12,877 nt of DNA, from positions 1 through 12,877 of the forward strand of contig JBCCXZ010000087.1 of assembly GCA_039190745.1 (NCBI GenBank). Reading direction: 5' to 3'. The notes below the pieces were generated by a model. The model did no database searches and was not told the DNA's origin. It saw only the letters and a list, made by a program, of their open reading frames with translations. Positions 8,172 through 12,877 of the stretch are shown piece by piece. The stretch is from Planctomycetota bacterium. Lineage in GTDB: Bacteria; Planctomycetota; Planctomycetia; Pirellulales; Lacipirellulaceae. The position numbers were made by a program, and so were the translations under genes. The stretch's first letter is position 1; every line of letters begins with the position of its first letter.

Positions 8172-8238
8172 AATATTCGCCCCGATCGGCCTGATAATAC
8201 GGATTATTCATTATCAGGTCAATCAAATTGAATATTAT
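8170..8238. promoter_or_regulatory. Nested inverted repeat (candidate operator) centred on 8204
   Basis: Inner arms CCTGATAAT (8190-8198)/ATTATCAGG (8210-8218); outer arms ATAATATTC (8170-8178)/GAATATTAT (8230-8238); identical dyad axis. Confidence 0.7.
8194..8222 (-). promoter_or_regulatory. Putative sigma70 promoter of the DUF2089-TPR operon
   Basis: Minus strand TTGACC (8222-8217), 17 nt spacer, TATTAT (8199-8194), inside an AT-rich island. Confidence 0.7.
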
Positions 8239-8281
8239 TTATCTCTGCCGCCCCTTGTTGCTCCCGGTCCGCCTCCACTGG

Positions 8282-8850
8282 TCAGCGGCGGCGATGGACC
8301 CCAAAAAGAACGGACCACCCAAGGAGTGCCCCCGCGGTCGGCTCAGGTATGACCGTTGGCGTGGTCAGGGTGACGGCGGCAGAAGTCACCTGCAGCCCGG
8401 CGGAGAGGAAAAAGTCGTTCGCGAAGATGTCGGTAATCTCGAGCATCACGGTCCCGGTGCCGTCCAGGAAATTAGACAGGTCGAAGCTGCTGGCGTCGAA
8501 GAAGGCGGTGTTGGTTTCGGTCCCTACGATCGGCCGACGTCGACCGACGCGCTGCCCACCGTGATCCGAACCTCCGGGTCGAACGGGCCGATCGACCCGA
8601 CGCCGAAGTCGGCTTCGCCCTGCGTGGCGGAAGCGGTGAACTCGACCTCGATGCTCTCAATGGCGGGGAAGCTCTGGCCGAAGTCGACGAGATCGAAGGC
8701 GCTCGCAAAGAATAGGGACTCGGGGAATTCATAATTCTCTACCAAGCCCGGCAGCGGCTGAGTGAACTCCGCCGCATGGGAGACCGCTGGGCTCAGGGAT
8801 CTCAGTAGCACGGCGAGGAGCCGGTAGGTGCTGCGTTGGTAGTTTTTCAT
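8282..8850 (-). pseudogene. PEP-CTERM surface protein split by a 1-nt deletion near 8532
   Basis: Track ORF 8524-8850 has a signal peptide and stops at ...VDVGRS*. The shifted frame continues IVGTETNTAFFDASSFDLSNFLDGTGTVMLEITDIFANDFFLSAGLQVTSAAVTLTTPTVIPEPTAGALLGWSVLFGVHRRR* (TGA 8282-8284). Confidence 0.85.
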
Positions 8851-8957
8851 CGCTAGAAACCCTTCGTAATCCTTGGCAGAACTCGTGGCGGTGCGGCAGA
8901 GATTCCTCGATTGCTTGCAAGCATTTATGTTTGGGAGCTGGGTGCCATGGAGCTTGG

Positions 8958-9803
8958 TTACGGCCTACGCAGCCGGGCACGCGCCGGACAAAGAGCCAGC
9001 CCGCTCACGAGCAGCAGGGCCGCGGTCGGCTCGGGGATTGTCGTAAACCCAAGGTCGCGGAGCGAGTAGATGGTCGTCTGGCTGAGGAACGGCTCGCCAA
9101 AGTCGGGGTCGAGCGCGCCGGTCATCAGCTCGAGGCCAAGGTCGCGGCCCATCGCGTCGGTGATGCCCAGCCGCGGGTCAAGGGCGAACGGGTCATTTGG
9201 GTCTCCCTCGATGGGGTCGCTCCGCATGATCTGGTCCCAGTGCACGTTGGGCGTGCCGGGGCCGCCGCGGAGCTCGACCGGGATGAAGGTTGCGTTGGCG
9301 TCGAACTCGCGTTGATAGGCGGCTAGCCCCTCGGCGCCGGTGTACTCACCCGAGCCGTTGGTGTAGAGGCCGTTGGCAACCCACAGGGGCCCTATCCCCA
9401 GAAGGTGCGCCACTTCGTGCAACATGATCTCGTCCCAGAAGTTCAGCCCGTTGTCGGGCCAACTGAAGAAGGTGTCGATCTGGGCGGGATTAACCAATAC
9501 CGTGCCGGCGGTGGTGTAGCGGAAGCCGCCGCCGGTGGTGGAGCTGTCGACGCGGGCGAAGGCGATGCCGCTGAGCGTGGGCTCGACATCGATCGTGAGC
9601 CCAGTCTGCGGGATGCCGGGTTGGTAGCCGGTGATGAGTTGTTCCCAAGTGGCCTCGGCGACATCGGCGGCGTCTTGCAGGATGCCGAGCTGCTCGGGGG
9701 TATAGAGTTCTGTGAAGAGGAAGTTGAATTCAAGGTCGAACGCCGACGCCGTCCTAGCACCGGCATGCATCAAGAGTATCAGCACAAATAAACGCAATCG
9801 CAT
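8958..9803 (-). CDS. Leishmanolysin (peptidase M8)-like zinc metalloprotease with PEP-CTERM anchor, 281 aa
   Basis: Signal peptide MRLRLFVLILLMHAGARTASA; HEVAHLLG; PVELRGGPGTPNVHW (third His); ELMTG Met-turn; SLRDLGF; IPEPTAALLLVSGLALC..RARLRR. Confidence 0.85.
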   Translation of the reverse strand: MRLRLFVLILLMHAGARTASAFDLEFNFLFTELYTPEQLGILQDAADVAEATWEQLITGYQPGIPQTGLTIDVEPTLSGIAFARVDSSTTGGGFRYTTAGTVLVNPAQIDTFFSWPDNGLNFWDEIMLHEVAHLLGIGPLWVANGLYTNGSGEYTGAEGLAAYQREFDANATFIPVELRGGPGTPNVHWDQIMRSDPIEGDPNDPFALDPRLGITDAMGRDLGLELMTGALDPDFGEPFLSQTTIYSLRDLGFTTIPEPTAALLLVSGLALCPARARLRRP

Positions 9804-10117
9804 AACGGGTCTCCCGGAACGCAGTCGGCGGACGGCCGACGCATGGATGATCGAGGTGGAGGAAGACGGCGGCAGAGGGCCGCGACGCCAGCGGGCGCAC
9901 TGCGATCCCCGGGGATCGCGGGCCGGCTTAGAAAGTCTGCACGAGCAGGGTCTGCAAACGGTGTGCGAGAGGGGTTCCCAGTTGTCTTCTATCTTGGGAT
10001 GGATCGCTGCAAGACGCAAGCATTTGCCCGGAGAGCGGCCGTGTTTGCGGTGCAACCGCTACCATCGGGGGCCTATGCTGGCGGGTTGTCCCAAGAAACA
10101 CCGATTCGGAACCCCGC

Positions 10118-11053
10118 ATGCCCCGCACCCGATTGGCGCCGTCCCCGACGGGGGCCCTGCACCTCGGGAACGCCCGGACGTTCCTGGTGAACTGGGCCCT
10201 CGCACGGCAGCTGGGGTGGGAGGTCGTCCTGCGTATCGAAGACCTGGACGGCCCTCGGGTGAAGGTCGGGGCCTCGGACGCGGCGATCGACACGCTCCGC
10301 TGGCTGGGGATGGATTGGGACGAGGGGCCGTTGTACCAGCTTGCCGACCCGGCGCCTTACACCGCTGCACTAAAGCGGTTGGCTGCGGCGGGTCAGGCGT
10401 ACCCGTGCCGGTGTACCCGCAAAGAAATCGAAGCCGCGAGCGTCTCGGCGCCGCACGCGGGCGAGCACGAGCTGCGCTACCCCGGCACGTGCCGCCCGGA
10501 GACGCCCTTGCCGGTAGAGTTTCGCGCTGAGGCCGACGAGGCGTGGCGGCTGCGCGTGGCGGACGAAGCGGTGGCGTTTGTCGACTCACTGGCCGGCGAG
10601 CAGTGGGAGAACCCGCAGCAGACCGTGGGTGATTTCCTTGTCCGCACCAAGGCGGGGCTGCCGAGCTACCAACTCGCGGTGGTGATCGACGACCACCGGC
10701 AGCAGATCGACCGCGTAGTGCGTGGCGACGACCTGCTGAGCTCGACGCACCGGCAGCTCCTTGTGCAACGCGCACTGCAGACCGGGCCGCCGCCCGAGTA
10801 TTTCCATCTGCCGATGGTAGTCGGCCAGGACGGACGCCGGCTCGCTAAGCGGCACGGCGACAGCCGCGTCGCGGAGTACCGCCGCCGCGGCGTGCCCGCT
10901 GAACGCATCGTCGGCTTGCTCGCCGAGTGGTGCGGCCTCGGCAAGCGGACGGCCATGAACGCGGCGGACTTCCTGGAGGCCTTCGATCTCGACCACCTAC
11001 CGGAGGGGCAAATCGTGTTCGGCCCCGAGGACGACGCATGGCTCCTCGACTGA
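10118..11053 (+). CDS. gluQ: Glutamyl-Q tRNA(Asp) synthetase
   Basis: RLAPSPTGALHLGN, LRIEDLD, YPCRCTR...YPGTC zinc site, YQLAVVIDD, VVRGDDL, RLAKRHG; 311 aa, no anticodon-binding domain. Confidence 0.93.
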   Translation: MPRTRLAPSPTGALHLGNARTFLVNWALARQLGWEVVLRIEDLDGPRVKVGASDAAIDTLRWLGMDWDEGPLYQLADPAPYTAALKRLAAAGQAYPCRCTRKEIEAASVSAPHAGEHELRYPGTCRPETPLPVEFRAEADEAWRLRVADEAVAFVDSLAGEQWENPQQTVGDFLVRTKAGLPSYQLAVVIDDHRQQIDRVVRGDDLLSSTHRQLLVQRALQTGPPPEYFHLPMVVGQDGRRLAKRHGDSRVAEYRRRGVPAERIVGLLAEWCGLGKRTAMNAADFLEAFDLDHLPEGQIVFGPEDDAWLLD

Positions 11054-11093
11054 CCCTGGACCACCGTCCTCAAACTAAGCAGCGTTGAGCGGT

Positions 11094-11783
11094 TCATGGA
11101 TCGATCAGTCCGTCGCGGATCGCACGGCGGGTGAGGTGCTGCGACTTCCCCAGGCGGAGCTTCTTCATCAGCCGCGACTTGTGGTTGTCGATCGTGCTGA
11201 TCGAGAGAGAGAGTTTGTCGGCGCACTGGCGCACTGTGAAGCCTAGCGAGATGTAGCGCATCACTTCCAACTCTCGGGTCGTGAGCTGCAGGATGGAAGG
11301 CTCATCGGAGTCGACTCGGAGTTGCAGGCCCACGGGGGTGCGGAGCACGCGGTGGTCGAGGGCGGGGTCGAATAGCCGCTCGCCACGGGCGTTGATGGCG
11401 CGTACTACATCGGCGAGGTGCTCGCCGCTGGTGGAGCGGGTGTAGTAGCTGGTGGACGGGGTGCGTACCGATTCGATCAGCCGGCCCTCGTGCACCCGGC
11501 TGTCGAGCACCAGGAGCTGGCCGTGGTCGTTGCGGGAGAGGGCCGCGGCAACCCGGCGGATGGCGTTGGGGCCGATCGCCGGGTCGAGCACGATCACGTC
11601 GGGCGCGAGCCCAACCACGCGGGAAGCGGCCTCCTCGAGGTTGCGTGTGGAGAGCACGATCCGGAAGCGGCGGCGATGGGCGAATAGCATGGCGACGGCG
11701 TCTTGGTCGAGGCGATTGGCCATCGCGAGCATCAGGGTAATCTGCGGCTGGAAGTCGGCGTGCGGGGTCGGCGTGGCGTGCAT
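11094..11783 (-). CDS. NarL/LuxR-family regulator with degenerate receiver domain
   Basis: C-terminal LTTRELEVMRYISLG..V..CA..L.LS.STI.NH.SRLM.KL HTH; N-terminal PDVIVLD receiver-like region. Confidence 0.88.
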   Translation of the reverse strand: MHATPTPHADFQPQITLMLAMANRLDQDAVAMLFAHRRRFRIVLSTRNLEEAASRVVGLAPDVIVLDPAIGPNAIRRVAAALSRNDHGQLLVLDSRVHEGRLIESVRTPSTSYYTRSTSGEHLADVVRAINARGERLFDPALDHRVLRTPVGLQLRVDSDEPSILQLTTRELEVMRYISLGFTVRQCADKLSLSISTIDNHKSRLMKKLRLGKSQHLTRRAIRDGLIDP

Positions 11784-11997
11784 GGCGGCGGGTCCCTTGG
11801 GGCAAATAGTCCGGGTTGTCGGGCCGGTTTGCTCACCGGCCAGGGACTATATCGCCGCTCGGGACTGATGCAGAAACACCCGCTGTTCGCTCGATGCGCG
11901 TTGCGCCCGAAGACGCCGCCATACTGTACACCTGAGCGTATATTCGTACGTACACTAGTGTTGTGGTGGCCAGATATCGCCATACAGTCCCGGCAGG

Positions 11998-12017
11998 GGT
12001 GACACACCTGTGTCACC
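11998..12017. promoter_or_regulatory. 20-bp palindrome upstream of the LuxR-type gene (candidate operator)
   Basis: GGTGACACA-CC-TGTGTCACC, perfect 9-bp arms. Confidence 0.45.
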
Positions 12018-12073
12018 GAAATCGCACAAAGAATTTGGGGTTTTTTTGACCCCGAGCCCTGGGGGGAAGCCCG

Positions 12074-12292
12074 CTAGTAGTGCGGAGGCTTCTCGTGGGG
12101 GAGATCCTCCCCCCAGCCCTGCTCTTTGATCTGCTCCACCGCCGCGGTAAGCCGGGCGATTTCACGGCGGAGGGCCTCCAGCTCCTGCTGCTGGGTCAGC
12201 ACCACGCTGTGCAACTCGTCGAGGGCGTGCTGCTGGAAGGCAAGTTGCTCTTCGAGCTTCTGCGTGCTGCTGGCGTCGTCTGCGTGGGGCAT
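12074..12292 (-). CDS. slyX: SlyX family protein (72 aa)
   Basis: LEEQLAFQQHALDELHSVVLTQQQEL coiled coil and terminal EKPPHY signature. Start trimmed to ATG 12292. Confidence 0.9.
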   Translation of the reverse strand: MPHADDASSTQKLEEQLAFQQHALDELHSVVLTQQQELEALRREIARLTAAVEQIKEQGWGEDLPHEKPPHY

Positions 12293-12465
12293 AGTTCGGC
12301 TGCTGATTGTGGGCGGTTTGACGTGCCGCGAAGCTGGGGTGAATAATCCGTACAGAGGCCGGTACGCACCGTGCCGCCCGTGTCGACGCATTGCCTTATT
12401 ATGCCAAGGCACGGGCCGGCGTTCACCGCCTTCTGTTCCAACCCGTTGCCCGCGAGGCCGCTGCC

Positions 12466-12831
12466 ATGCAAACCGCCCAAACGCCCGACCAACTCATCGC
12501 CAAGAAGTGCCTGCCCTGCGAAGGGGGCGTCGACCCCTGCCCGCTGGACGTAGCCAACCAGCAGCTCGAGCGGCTGCCGGGCTGGTACCTGACCCACGAC
12601 GGCCAGCGGATCCGCCGCGACTGGAAGGTGAAGAATTTCTTGGCCGGCATGGCCTTCTTCCAAGAGTGCGCCAGGGTAGCCGAAGAAGACGGCCACCACC
12701 CCGACCTGCACATCGAGGGCTACCGCAACGTGTCGGTCGAGCTGTGGACGCACGCCATCGGCGGACTCAGCGAGAACGACTTTATTCTGGCGGCGAAGAT
12801 CGATCAGCTGCCGGTCGAGCTGCAAGGGTAG
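12466..12831 (+). CDS. phhB: Pterin-4-alpha-carbinolamine (4a-hydroxytetrahydrobiopterin) dehydratase
   Basis: KCLPCEGG, AEEDGHHPDLHI, WTHAIGGLSENDFILAAKID; GAGG upstream of ATG 12466. Confidence 0.92.
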   Translation: MQTAQTPDQLIAKKCLPCEGGVDPCPLDVANQQLERLPGWYLTHDGQRIRRDWKVKNFLAGMAFFQECARVAEEDGHHPDLHIEGYRNVSVELWTHAIGGLSENDFILAAKIDQLPVELQG

Positions 12832-12877
12832 CGCGGTCGCTGCTAGGTTCTTGGGTACCACGAAAAGCGCGAAAAAC

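Noticed and set aside
8917..8947. Sigma54 promoter upstream of the frameshifted PEP-CTERM gene (TGGCAC ... TTGC)
   Set aside because: The spacing between the two boxes is far longer than the required -24/-12 geometry.
9804..10055. N-terminal extensions given by the ORF track for the protease, and likewise for CARDB (3743), the membrane ORF (6004), SlyX (12412) and PhhB (12391)
   Set aside because: Downstream ATGs coincide with signal peptides, family N-termini or RBS motifs, and the extensions look non-coding.
10118..11053. gltX (glutamyl-tRNA synthetase)
   Set aside because: Only 311 aa, lacking the anticodon-binding domain; the motifs fit GluQ.

Overview
GC-rich bacterial window, probably from a planctomycete (Pirellulales/Lacipirellulaceae-like). 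This is an inference from the PQQ-repeat propeller gene, several PEP-CTERM proteins and a GDFDxDGDVDxxD module. About 13 genes are supported. Housekeeping or common genes are a HAD phosphatase, gluQ, slyX, a pterin-4a-carbinolamine dehydratase and a LuxR-type regulator. Surface or secreted proteins are a PQQ/BamB-like propeller, three PEP-CTERM proteins (an NxxGxxAF-repeat protein, a leishmanolysin-like metalloprotease and one frameshifted gene missed by the ORF track) and a triple-CARDB protein. The most interesting unit is a DUF2089-like Zn-ribbon/HTH gene plus a membrane-anchored TPR gene. They are preceded by a sigma70-like promoter buried in a 69-bp nested palindrome. The regulator carries an in-frame TAG in its zinc ribbon, and the TPR gene has a strong internal RBS/ATG. 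Three unrelated short intergenic repeat types are also present: a 10-bp-periodic palindrome, a 9-bp tandem and a GTGG-tagged REP-like doublet. No rRNA, tRNA, CRISPR array, transposase or integrase was seen. All family assignments are by motif recognition, not database search.
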